Shown piece by piece: positions 22,901 through 34,713 of a DNA stretch of 64,000 nt (its first letter is position 1; the number at the start of each line of letters is the position of its first letter). Made by a program: the position numbers and the translations under genes. The notes beneath the pieces are model-generated. The model saw only the letters and a list, made by a program, of their open reading frames with translations. It had not been told where the DNA came from and made no database searches. Source of the stretch: Paraspadella gotoi (lineage: Eukaryota > Animalia > Chaetognatha); NCBI GenBank assembly GCA_051294375.1, contig CM119266.1, forward strand, positions 2,659,812 to 2,723,811. The letters run 5' to 3'.

Positions 22901-24589
22901 ATTTTGGTTATTATGGATATTCGCTAAGCAAAAAGAAAACAAATTTGAATTATCATTAAAATTTGCCTAATGATAAATCAAGGCGGGAGAGCAATCACCA
23001 ATCAGCCTCACCTCTGTTTGCGCGTCCGTCGCTTTGAAGTCGGAAGAATCGGCGCCGATTAGGATTCGTTGGATTTCGTCGGCGTCGGAGCAAAGAAGTT
23101 CCGGCGTCACCGGAGACGAGGGTAGGGGAGAGGAAGACTGGGGGAGGGAGGAAGAGGAAAGAAGGGGAGAAGAAGAAGAAGAAAAATCGGAGGAAAGAGG
23201 AAGGATTTTGGCGGAAGAAGAGAGAGAGGCGGTTGAAACGTTGATCGAAGATTCGGACGGAGAAGAGACGGAAGACGGAAGAGGAGTCGTTCGCGAGGGC
23301 GTTCGATCTTTTTTTTTGGGGGGGGAGGGGGGAGGGGGTTGTGTTAAGACTTTCTTTTCGCTGCGTTTTTAATTGGAGACAAAACAAAGGTTATTTGTGT
23401 AGCAGAATAATTTGTATAATAGGATGCCCCCCCGTTAGATTTGTTTACAAACAACGGGTTTTTTATAAAAAAAAAGACATGTTTCGAGAAAAAAATTAAA
23501 ATTTAGTGGGTTGTGGCAACAGAAACACCAGTTAATAAGAAGTTGTAAAGCCTTCTTTACGGTTTACCTGTATTCGGCTAGTTTTCGCAAATATTGCCGT
23601 TTGGCGAGTTCTGTTCGGCGTCTGTATCCTTCTTTGGTGGAGGGATCGAGGGCCTCCCACATAGATCCAACGATTTTCGAGATTTCGCCGAAAGAAGCCG
23701 ACGGATTTTGACCCTGATTGAAAAATTTTACGATGTCACGATTTATACTGAAAATTTTTTTTTAATAGTATTCACTTCTCATAATAAACATAAGAAAGAT
23801 AATGCATTAATTATGCATCATAGTTGGTTAGATTTATTACATATATACTGATTGAGACAATTCTGTGAACATTCTACCTCTAACAATACATCTGGGATGT
23901 CTACGGAAAATCTTCAACAAACTCCTACCTTCCGCCATTTTACCTTGATCACCGCTTGGGTGTCTCTAAAGAAAAGCGCGTAGGCGGAGACCGGTTTCTG
24001 CGGCTCCTGATTCACCCGCTTCGTCTTTTTCTTGACCAACTTCTTGGGCGAGGAGCTCTTCGATCCGCGAAAGATCTCACGGCACCGACTCCTCAACTCG
24101 GGCGAGAGCGTGGCCGTCGAACCCCCGTTGCCCGAAAAGGGTGGCGCCGTCGGCGACGAGGCGTAAAAGGCGGAAGGGGCGCCGTTATTTGCGAGGGTCG
24201 AGGGCGTCGACCCACGCGAGCTCATCGGCGTCGTCGCGAAACCGGAAGGCGCCACGTTGGCGCCGAGAGCTCCATCGCAGTAAAAGGAGCGCGGGGAGGG
24301 GAAGGTGAGTAACGTCTGGGATCCCGCGGGGAGGGAAGGAGTCGACGAGGTATCGACGGAAGTGTTGGTCGAAGGAAGAGACGCGGTCAGTGAGACATCG
24401 CCTGGAAAATAAGATCATTAAAATATGTCACGGGAGTTTGAAAAAAATTTTGGAACGGATGCAAAAACGGGAACGGAGAAAAAGAGTTATGTTGAATCCT
24501 CTTACTATTCAAAGGTTTTATCTGTTGAGTAACAGCGTTAGTCTTTTCTTTTCTCTGCAAAAGCAACGACGACCTGCGGTCTCAGTCAT
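19985..24589 (-). CDS. TOX4: TOX-family HMG-box protein (TOX3/TOX4-like)
   Basis: Exons 24589-24574 (tentative start), 24401-23944, 23713-23568, 23360-23012, 22632-22471, 22229-21954, 21603-21496, 21426-21172, 21097-20561, 20334-20153, 20036-19985. [40 protein letters not shown] box, Q-rich middle, C-terminal [29 protein letters not shown]. Confidence 0.88.
22709..22900. repeat. Dispersed repeat fragment (second copy ~39380-39590)
   Basis: cattgatagggaagccagg..gattgaaagcttg..aatgaatggataatt is shared by both loci. Confidence 0.7.
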
Positions 24590-24989
24590 AAAGTAAAAGC
24601 CTCCCATCAAAAGCCCTAACGCTTTGCGATCGAACTCTCACCTCAGGAATTGATCTCCTTGTCAAGTGGGCAGACTCGAGGCGCTGTTGGAACGAGGTCA
24701 CGCGAAAGCAATTGTCCATACTGTCCGTAATCGGTTTGACGAGGAAATGAGCGAGATCAATCTATTTCGACCGACAAAAGGAGGTGGGATTGGCGTGTTA
24801 AGACGGGTTGACACCTCGGGGATTTTCCTCGACGTTCCGCTGACTGCAAAAGATCGAATAAACTATAAAGATTACGAATATTGTTAAAGATGAAGACCGA
24901 AAAATCTCGGCCTAGAGTTAGTCACTCTCGCCGGCGACGGAAGCCGATCTAGGCAAGGGGAAACTCGAGAGCCGATCGGGAACGGGAAT

Positions 24990-26474
24990 ATGAACTCCGA
25001 TCAGCGGCGGGACGAAGAGGATGAGGAAAAGTGGCGATGGGGTAAAGTCGTCGTCGTCTTCGCCCTTTGCGCCATTCTATCTGTTTTCAGCGTCGCCAGT
25101 TTTAACGGTGATTGTATGAACGAATGATTGTATGAACGAATTGTAAGAAATAGATCGAGAAATAAAAATACGTGATGAATAGATTTTTGCCTTAGGAGTC
25201 GTTTCGATATAATTAAAAGTCGCTGAATTCAAACAGGAGAGATATTCTCAACGCATGAAAAGGTCCCGCATTTTCACGACAGTGATGTTATCTTTCGAAC
25301 CAGGCGCATAGTCGACAATCCAGCGTATAAAAACCCCAATAACACGAACTGTTAAGTCATANNNNNNNNNNNNNNCTACAGCCACGGAACACAGCCAAAA
25401 AAAACTCGAGGAAACAGTTAAGACCGTTTTGGTGGAAGCGCGATCTTTCACTTGGGAGAACGGACTCGTTTATTATCGTCTCACCAATTATTCAAAGACA
25501 ATGGCAAACTTGATCACCATTTCCATTCAGGATTTTAAGGGTAACTACTTCACATACTAAGATTTCACTGGTAGAAAAAAATTGAATTGTTAATTATTGC
25601 CTTTTTTAGAGCAAATATTTTTGATTTGGAACCTTTTTGTACTTCTAGTAACGGTCCCTGACCTTTTCAGATCGCGTCAACTCGGGATCGAACAACCACA
25701 CCTGCATCGACTTCAAGAGATTCAACGCCTCCGACGGCGGAAACAGGAACTACGTCAATTTCTTTCCCGGGAAAAAGTGCGATTCCACCGTTGGTCGACC
25801 GATCAACGAAAAGAACAAAAACGTCTCTCTCGGTTTGACAATGTTCCGAGAATCGAACAGATTGGTTGTACCAATTTTATAGAGGATGATTGCGACTCAT
25901 TTCTCTTAGGTCCGTCGTGTTTAAACAACGGCACCATTCAACACGAGCTCATGCACATTCTGGGATTTTGGCACGAACAATCGCGAACGGACAGGCGAGG
26001 ATTCCATCAGTAAAAATCCGAAAATTTTATGAATGTAAATTCCTGACAAAATATTCTCTGATAGAGATCGATACGTTAAAATTCAATGGGAACACATTTT
26101 GGAAAAATCGAAGGATAATTTCCGAAAATATTCTGATCCTGTCAATGACCACCTGGGCTTGCCCTACGATTATGGGTCAATCATGCACTATAACTCGAAA
26201 GCTTTTACAAAAGATGGCAACGACACAATACTTCCCGTGTATGGGAAGCCAGGAATAATCGGTCAAAGGGTAAAAAAAATGTTAAATGACGTATCAAACC
26301 TTTCGCTGACAAATTTTATTTCTTTAGGATCGCCCATCCGAATTAGATCTACTGAAAGTGCGACTTCGATACAACTGTTCAAAACATTTAAATGAATCAG
26401 TCTATCGGAAACTGTTAACTTATCCCATTCCCCTGTCAGCAGATGATAATGCTCCCTATAACTCACATAACTAA
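24990..26474 (+). CDS. Astacin-family (M12A) zinc metalloprotease
   Basis: Exons 24990-25107, 25237-~25350, ~25382-25540, 25671-25832, 25910-25994, 26065-26269, 26328-26474. HELMHILGFWHEQSRTDRD zinc motif, YDYGSIMHY Met-turn. The 5' exons are less certain because of the gap at 25362. Confidence 0.85.
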
Positions 26475-26820
26475 ACTAATAATTTATGCATAAGCACAAT
26501 AGAAGTGTAAGTTTGAAATTATTTGAACAAATTAAAATTTCTTTTAACTTTCAGTTTAAGAAAACGTTGAAAATCAAAATTTAGCAAAATGAGAGGTGAT
26601 AAAATTACAAATCAACTGTCTGCTAGCGTTTTGTTTGAAACTAATAGAAATTTGACGATCAAGTCAGTTTTCCAAAAATTAAAGTTTATTTTGAATATTT
26701 CTTTTAAGTTACAATTAATACTATAAAGGCAATCGAATTTTTACCTACAATAAAATTTAAATATTCGTTAATTATCGTTTTTAGAAGTTTTTTTACACAT
26801 CTAATTAGGTATTTATTGAT

Positions 26821-28769
26821 TCAAGAGTTCTTTTTATCGACAGCAATGTGGACAGCTTTGACTTGGGTCAACTCCAACATTCCTTCTTCGCCCATCTCCC
26901 GCCCAAAGCCGGACATTTTGTATCCGCCAAAGGGCACTTGAACGGGGACGACACCGTAAGAGTTGACGTAGACGGAACCGGCTTGAAGGCAAGACGCCAC
27001 GTAAGTGGCCTTGTCTAAATCCTTGGTAAACACCGAGGACGCCAGCCCGTAGGAAGTGTCGTTAGCTCTTTCGATCACTTCGTCGATCGTCTAAAAACAT
27101 GACATCGCACAAAAGAATTATGTCGGAATAATGCACCGGATTGACCAACCTTGAATTTGAAAATCTGCATGACGGGACCGAAAATTTCCTCCTTGGCGAT
27201 TCTCATGTGATCTTGCACGTCGGCAAACACAGTGGATTCGATGTAAAATCCGTTTTTTAAGTCACCGCCGCAAGCCTTTCCGCCGCACTTTAAGGTCGCC
27301 CCCTCGGAGACGCCGCTTTGAATCAAGTCCAAAATTTTTTCAAACTGTTCTTGATCTGACGTCGGATAAAATTAAATGAGTCTATTAGTATTAGTATTAC
27401 TAATAACTAGAATTTAAAATCGGTCGTATAGCAATTTTCATTACCAATTTGAGGTCCCGACTCCACCTCCAATTTCCAGGGATTACCGATAACCCTGTTT
27501 TTAGCCTTCTCCACGCTTCGCTTGACGAATTCGTCGTAAATGTCTTCTTGAACGAAGCACCTTGTGCCGGCCAAACAACACTGTCCCATGTTGTAAAATA
27601 CCGCGTGGTGAGAGACCTCGACGGCCAAATCGAGGTCACAATCGCTGAAGACGATGTTGGGACTCTTCCCACCCAACTCCACTTGGACGCCTTTCAGGTT
27701 GGTCTTACCCGACGCCTGTTGAATGATCTTTCCCACTTCGGTGGAACCGGTGAAGGAAATTTTGGCGACGTCGGGATGTTCACTTAATCCGGCGCCGGCC
27801 GTAGGACCGTAGCCGGGGACTACGTTGAAGACGCCCTTGGGAAATCCTTTAATTTTTTGTCAAGAAAATGTACCAGTTACAACCATGAATTAAGGCCGAG
27901 GAGACTGACCCGCTTCAACCACCAAGTTTGCAAGGGCCAAAGTGGATAAAGGAGTTTGTTCGGGAGGTTTTAGAACTATAGCGTTGCCACAGGCCAAAGC
28001 AGGAGCGACTTTGTGGATGGTCATCATCAACGGAAAGTTCCATGGCGTAATCGCTAATTGCGAGAGAGACCCGGAGAATTTTAAAGAAAGTTTAATTTCT
28101 ACTGCATAAAAGTTTAAGCATCCATTTTTAATCATTACCTCCAACGACACCAAGAGGTTCTCGTCTGGTGTAGGAAAAGTACTTCCCATCGGAAGGGATT
28201 GTTTTGCCGCATATCTTGTCAGCCCATCCGGCGCAATATTGCAACATGGAAATAGAATGTTCCATATCGCCCATGTAAGCCGACTGATTAAAATGATATT
28301 AGTTAATGTTAGTAAAGTCATTCTAAAAATACATCATATTATCGAAGACATCAACCGCAAACGGTTTCCCGTTGTCCAATGTTTCCAAACTGGAGAGATA
28401 GTTCCTATCTCGCTCCAGCAACTCCGCTAGCTTGAGCAACAACGCCCCTCTCTTGGAGGCGTCCATGGAACGCCATTCCGAATTGAGCTTGACCGCTTCT
28501 CGAGCAGCCTAGAGATTGCGAAGAAGGGAGAAGGTCAAACTTCAAAGATGTAATATGGCCAGGCATGGGAGTGTCAAAAATCTCGAATCCAAACGTCTTA
28601 CTTCAACGGCGAGATCGACGTCGGCTTTGTCCCCCTCGGCCACGTGACAAATCACTTGTTTATCCGTGGGATTCACAACCGGAAACGTCTTCCCGGAGAC
28701 GGAATCGCGCCATTCGTTGTTAATGAAAATTTGGGTGAATTTAACGGGAGGATCGATGATCGGCTCCAT
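26821..28769 (-). CDS. Aldehyde dehydrogenase, ALDH1/2 family, no obvious mitochondrial presequence
   Basis: Exons 28769-28602, 28508-28356, 28283-28139, 28053-27910, 27846-27445, 27355-27150, 27090-26821. [45 protein letters not shown]. Confidence 0.95.
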
Positions 28770-29270
28770 TTTTTTTTTAAAAGATAAAATTGTGGGGGTG
28801 AAATTTTAAAATTTTTTTTTATTCCCGGAGGCGGATTTGGTCCGTTGTCAAAAACTTCGCCGAGCGATAAGAAAAACTATATGAAACTAAGAGAACTCTC
28901 GAGCAAAGTAATGAGCGATTCGAAAGCTCGAAGTTGAAGTGGGGAAGAGAGAGAGAGAGANNNNNNNNNNGAGAGAGAGAGAGAAAGATTTTTTGGAGAG
29001 TCCGGGTCTTTAAATCTCATTAATAAGTTCTTTTGCAAAAAAAAATCTAGGCAGTTAACTGTTAAGCAATTTATCAACAAGAGGGAGAGAGAGAGAGAGA
29101 GATAAAATATAGAAATAGAGAAAAAGATGAAAAGAAAAAAAGAGAGAGAGACTCGGCCGTTGAAAATGATCCAATTTCAGTGATGCATTATCCGAAAGAT
29201 AAACAAAGTAAAAATGAATAAGGATGGCAGGCAGCTCAGACATGCGACGATATTTTCGTGTGAAAAGATA

Positions 29271-30882
29271 AAACAAGTTTGAGCAAACAATGTCGGATCT
29301 GCCCGCTATAATTTAGCAGTAATCAGTAAATCAGATCAGATGATAAATAATATAAATGTTTTTTTTTTATATTTTACTATCAATACTCAAGTCATAGTTT
29401 ATAGTTCTTAATTCTTACTTTACATCTTTTTTCGTTTTAAAATTGCTTATCAGCAGATTCCGACTATATAATTCACTTTGTCGGTCCGTCGGTCCCACCC
29501 CAAAATATTATCGGTAAATCATTATTATCATATCAGAACCTCGAATTATGCAAAAAAACAAGTTTGAGCAAACAATGTCGGATCTGCCCATGATCATTAT
29601 CGGTAATTAATTAATAATTAATTCAAGTTAGATAATTATTTAATAATTTATTTATTTAAGTTAATTATTTAATTAATTAGGCAATTAAATAATTTAATCA
29701 GAAATGTTTGTTTTGATTGGTTGACTGATTAATTAATTATTGATTAATTGACTAATTGATTAATTAACTGATTAATTATTTGATTAATTAATACATCTTG
29801 CATTTACATTTAAAATAAAAAGAAAAAGAAGCATAATCAATTAGGGAAATATATTTTTTTGTTTTTTCCATTAAAACTTATTTCCACTCGGACGATTCTA
29901 TCGAAACTTCATATCCAGCTCAACCACACACTTCCCTACCCACACACAAAATTTCATTCCAATCCATCCATCCAATCACGAGTAATTGGTGTTTTTTTGC
30001 TAAGGTGGAAAGGACGGATGGATGGACAGATGGACGGACATCGTTTTTTTTGCATAATTTATCATAATTCGATGTTCTGACATGATATAAGCGAATGCCC
30101 GACAATATTGAGGGGGCGGACCGACAAAGTGAATTATAGATAATTATAAAAATGATTTCCGTCCGTCCCCCCTTAGCAAAAAACTAATTACTCGTGATTG
30201 GATGGATTGGTATGAAATTTTGTGTGGGTAGGAAACTGTGTGATTGAGATGGATATGAAGTTTCGATGGAATCGTGCGAGTGGAAATTGGTTTAAATGGA
30301 AAAAACAAAAAAATCTATTTCACTATTTGAACGCCTATTGCTCATGAGTGGATAGGGCAGTTGACTTGAAATTTTGTATGATGGTAGGAAAGTGTGTGAT
30401 TGAGCTGGATGGAATCGTGCGAGTTAAAATGGAAAAAACAAAAGTCATATTTACTTGAAGTATTTTTACTTAAATTTACTCATAATTATTATGTTTATTA
30501 AAAATTGGATAGATAAATTGAAATGGAATTTTGTGTGTGGGTAGGAAAGTATGTGATAAAGCTGGATATAAATTTTTTGATGGAATCGTAGGAGTGGAAA
30601 AGAGTTCAAATTATAAAACCAAAAGACACATTTATTTGAATTTTTTAAAGTTTCTCTATCTCTCTCTCAGTTGACCAAATTCTGCCAGTTGACCAAATTC
30701 TGCCAGTTGACCAAATTAAGTCAGTTAAACAAATTATGTTTGTTGACCAAATTATGTCAGTTGACCAAATTATGCCAGTTGATCACATAATGCCAGTTGA
30801 TCAAATTATGCAAGTTGACCAAGTTAGCTTATTACCACTTAATTATCGTAGGCAGATCCGACATTGTTTGCTCAAACTTGTT
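29271..30882. mobile_element. Cluster of family H1 DINE-1/HINE-like copies (29271-~29470, 29557-30103 +, 30155-30882 -)
   Basis: Shared terminal 33-mer, core, gacg/gatg microsatellite and 19-bp satellite 30670-30830. Confidence 0.65.
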
Positions 30883-31208
30883 TAATAATTTTTTTTCATT
30901 TGTACGCTTTTTCCCCCCGTTTTTTTTTCATTTTTTAAAATTTTCTGTCTTTCTTCTTTTATTTCTTTAGAGAGAGATACTTTAAAATTAAAAACAAATT
31001 TTAGTTTTTTCCATTCAGTCTGTTTCACGATTCCATCAAACCTGTTTACCCAGCTCAAAGCAGATCCGACTAAAAATTTAAAAGATATGGTAATTGAATA
31101 GATAAACTGATTGTAAAATGAAACAGGACGAGATGAGATAAAGAAAAAGATCTAGCTAGTGCTACAGTATTACAATTTTCTTTCAAATTTAATTGAAGAT
31201 TTTGCTGA

Positions 31209-31816
31209 ACAGAAGGCGTCATATTATAAAATGAGGTACCCATTTTTTGTGACCAGAACTCGTTCGGAGAAATTTGGTACGAACGATACCTATGAGAATG
31301 CAAATAGAACAATCGAGGCGAATTTAAATATTTGATATCTTTTCATTATTTTTGTTTTGAACAGTTAGAGACAGACGTTTATTCTTCCACAAAAACGTAT
31401 TTATTACCTCAAAAATATTAGTTTACCTTAATTTTCAGCTTCATGAACATCAGCAGTTCAAGTCAGATTTGGAATAATTTGGTAAAATTGGAAGTAAAAC
31501 GATGAACCATGCTTCTTCAAACAATGCTTAATTATTGAAAATTTTTCAATTTTAGTTCTAAAATGTTTTTTTCAATGTTTAAAACGTCAATGCACCTGAT
31601 TCTACTAAAAAAATTTGAAAACTGAAAACAATTTTTTAGCCCTTTTTGGCCCTCCCTGTCAGGGGTTGAATATTAAAATTCGCCTCGATAGTTCCATTTA
31701 TATTGAAATTAGAACTCTAAATATAAAATTTCATGAAATTCGATTGGGTAGTTTGGTGGGAACAGATTCTGGTCACAAAAAAGGGGTACCTCATTTTATA
31801 ATATGAAGCCTTCTGT
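31209..31816. mobile_element. MITE family M1
   Basis: TIRs acagaaggcgtcatattataaaatgagg / cctcattttataatatgaagccttctgt. Confidence 0.8.
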
Positions 31817-32338
31817 ATATATTAAATACGGGTAAATAATAATGAGTATTTAATAACAATAGAATAAGGTATTTTGAATAAAAAATAAAATAAAATTAAA
31901 AAAAATACTTACCAAGTTGGAGCAGGTATCGAAAATTTGTCAGGGGATTACGACGAGAGTTTATGTCCAACACAAGTTTTCTTCCTTTTTATCTTTTTAA
32001 TGTTTATATTGACCCTAATTAATAAAATCAATTCAACGAGATCGAAACGATCAAGAAGAGAGAATTCAGTGATAACAAAAGGACACTCACAATGAATAAT
32101 GAATGATGAATAATTAATGATGTCACTCAAAACATAAATAAGTCTGAAGAAATGATATATTCTATTCAATAATAATCTTTTGAGGATTCATACATGAATT
32201 ACATATTAGCATAGTACGCCCGCCGCGATATAGCGGGTAGAGTAAAGGGGGAATTCAAGAGTTCCGAAAACATTAAGTGGTCAAAAGAATAGTTTTATGG
32301 AAGTCAGGGAAAAAAACCTTGCTCTCTTTTAGTTTTAC

Positions 32339-33160
32339 TTAGCAATCCGATCGCTCCCCGCCACCTTCTTTCGAAGTCACAAAGAGAAAGCCCTTTGGCA
32401 GAGCGGGCAATCGGATCGTCGTTTCCTTGACGGTCTTATCGTGGCTGCGCTCGTGTTCCTCCAGCGCGGAAATGAAGGCGAAGTTGCGGCCGCACTTGCG
32501 GCAGACGAGCAGCTTGTCGTTGGCCTCGAATTTGTGGGTCACGTCGACGTGCGTTTGCAAGTCGTAGGTACAGACGAAGGTCTTGCCACAGACTTTGCAG
32601 CCATAGAGGAGACCCTCGTGCTTCTTCCGCAAATGGGTCTCCAGATGCTGCGAGAGGGAGAAAGAAGCTCCGCAGGCGACGCAGCAATACAGCACCCCGG
32701 AATGCTGCCCTGTCGCGTGATTCTCTACCTGGCGGGCGAATCGAAACTCCCGGCCGCAGATGTCGCAAGCGTGGGTGTTGGATCCGTCGTCGAGTCTCCG
32801 ATGAACAAGCTCCATGTGGGCGACGAGACGATGGGCGAAGTCGAATCCCCGCGAACAGATTTGACAGTAGTGGCGGTCGGGCCTTTGCGTCGTGCGGAGG
32901 ATGTCGTCCGCGACGTCGAGTTTGTTGTGGGAGCGTTTGCGAGGGTTGGAAGTAGGAGCTGCGGCGGAAGCGACCCCGGCGGGTTTGGCAGCTCGCTTCT
33001 CTCCGTGGACGGCGTCGACGTGGGCTTGAATCTCTTGGTAGTTTTTCGGGAGCATCTGCTGGCAAAAGACGCACTTAACGAGGGCGTCTTTTGTTTCGTT
33101 CTTGAAGCGCAGTTCGCGCATCTCGTCGTTCAGATGGCGAGCGCGTTTCTCGCTCGCCAT
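32339..33160 (-). CDS. C2H2 zinc-finger protein (5 classical fingers plus an atypical N-terminal finger), intronless
   Basis: ATG at 33160 (MASEKR); repeated CxxC-x12-H-x3-4-H motifs. Confidence 0.85.
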   Translation of the reverse strand: MASEKRARHLNDEMRELRFKNETKDALVKCVFCQQMLPKNYQEIQAHVDAVHGEKRAAKPAGVASAAAPTSNPRKRSHNKLDVADDILRTTQRPDRHYCQICSRGFDFAHRLVAHMELVHRRLDDGSNTHACDICGREFRFARQVENHATGQHSGVLYCCVACGASFSLSQHLETHLRKKHEGLLYGCKVCGKTFVCTYDLQTHVDVTHKFEANDKLLVCRKCGRNFAFISALEEHERSHDKTVKETTIRLPALPKGFLFVTSKEGGGERSDC

Positions 33161-33708
33161 TTTCTTTTTTTCTTTTTTTGTTTTTTTTTTCAATATTATA
33201 ATTTAGGCATTAATATTAATCCTACGTCGAATTTCGTCGCTTTTCATTACGACGTCTTGACATTGACCCGTATTTTGTATTTTTTTTTTTTAAACCTCGT
33301 TTTTTGTTTTGTTTTATTAGATTCTTAAGAAGAAAGCATCAATTAATAAAGATGAACCGCGACAATTCGCTAAACTGTAGCAAGAATAAATCAATGACAA
33401 TCGACAATGGGCGAGCAGAAAAACGGGGGAAAAAATATACGTAGAAATCCCCTACCGAAAAAACGTATTTAGTGTAATGTAAGGTATGAGCACGAGATAC
33501 CATTTCGGAAATTTACATCTACTCCCGAGATGAAAAAAAAAATTAATGTAAAAACGAAAAAGCTGCGTCAGCGATAACATTTATCAGTAAATGACTAAAG
33601 TCGATATAAATTACTAATTGAAATTAAAAACAAGTTGATAGAAACCCACAAACAGTTTCCGCCAGGATGACCCCAGAAGCGTATTGACAATTGGAAACCA
33701 AATGAGTT

Positions 33709-33942
33709 TTATTGATACTGATGAGTGGTTTGAAACTCCGTCTCGCTTTTCATCGAAGTCTTGGGTTTGTGAAACTCATCGATGTGGCCCTGAATGTCAG
33801 TATAGTTCTTGGGTAAGATTCGTCCGCAAAAGAGGCAGTTGACGGCGGGACCCTTGACTTCGTTTACGAAGCGAAGTTCCCGATCGCTTATGGGACCGCG
33901 TGGGCCTTTGGTGTAAGTTTTGGCTTTGTCCTCTTCCGCCAT
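33709..33942 (-). CDS. 77-aa protein paralogous to the N-terminal domain of the adjacent zinc-finger gene
   Basis: RELRFVNEVKGPAVNCLFCGRILPKNYTDIQGHIDEFH aligns with RELRFKNETKDALVKCVFCQQMLPKNYQEIQAHVDAVH; Kozak-like accATGG. Confidence 0.75.
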   Translation of the reverse strand: MAEEDKAKTYTKGPRGPISDRELRFVNEVKGPAVNCLFCGRILPKNYTDIQGHIDEFHKPKTSMKSETEFQTTHQYQ

Positions 33943-34713
33943 GGTTGTGATGGGATAGGGGATAGGGGGGGGGCGGGCTGAGAAGAATTTAGGTTTTTTA
34001 TCAAGAGTAGTACGACGTCAGGAAGAGCGGGTTCAATTACCGCAGCCTAAAAAAGGCATCCACAAGGAAATCCGTTGACATATCGAAAACAATGCTGGTA
34101 GAAAAAAAATAGAATAAAATACAACTAAACATAATTATATAATAATAATTAGTTACGAATTGGTGAAGTTACGTTCTACCAATAAGCGGCAACGTAACGA
34201 TCGTAATTTATGAAAACACGATCCCGAAAAAAATGCGCGCTAATGCTTTTTTACAAAAATTAATTCTTGGCGTAAGAGAGTTTATTAAATTCTGCTATAC
34301 ATTATTCATACTGGAAAAAACTACAACAGTCAACCGCGCGAGAAAGTGGGCGAATTTTCACTTGTATGGGGAACCAAAAACAAAGTGACCAAACTGAAAT
34401 GACGGGACAACCGAAACGAAAATAAGAAACTGTATTTAGTGTACTCTTCATTGTATAATAACATTCACGGTGTTTTGCTACTTTGGAAACTAAAACTCTA
34501 ATTTACTCGTGAGTAAAAAGGAGAAAATGAGGAGAATTTAAAAATGTTTTTGTTACTTAAACATCAGGGGAGAGTTTTTCTATACATGGAACAAAAAATC
34601 TTTCGATTTCATGCGAAAAAAATCAATTGGACTCCAACCCCCAAAAAAATAAGGGTGGTGAGGTCGTTATCTTTGTTTTTTCTCTGTCACAGAGAAGAAA
34701 AAGGACATTCGAT

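Noticed and set aside
32441-33328. Long antisense ORFs over GC-rich genes (also over NONO, HSP60, DBR1, CCDC93)
   Set aside because: Shadow ORFs caused by high-GC codon bias
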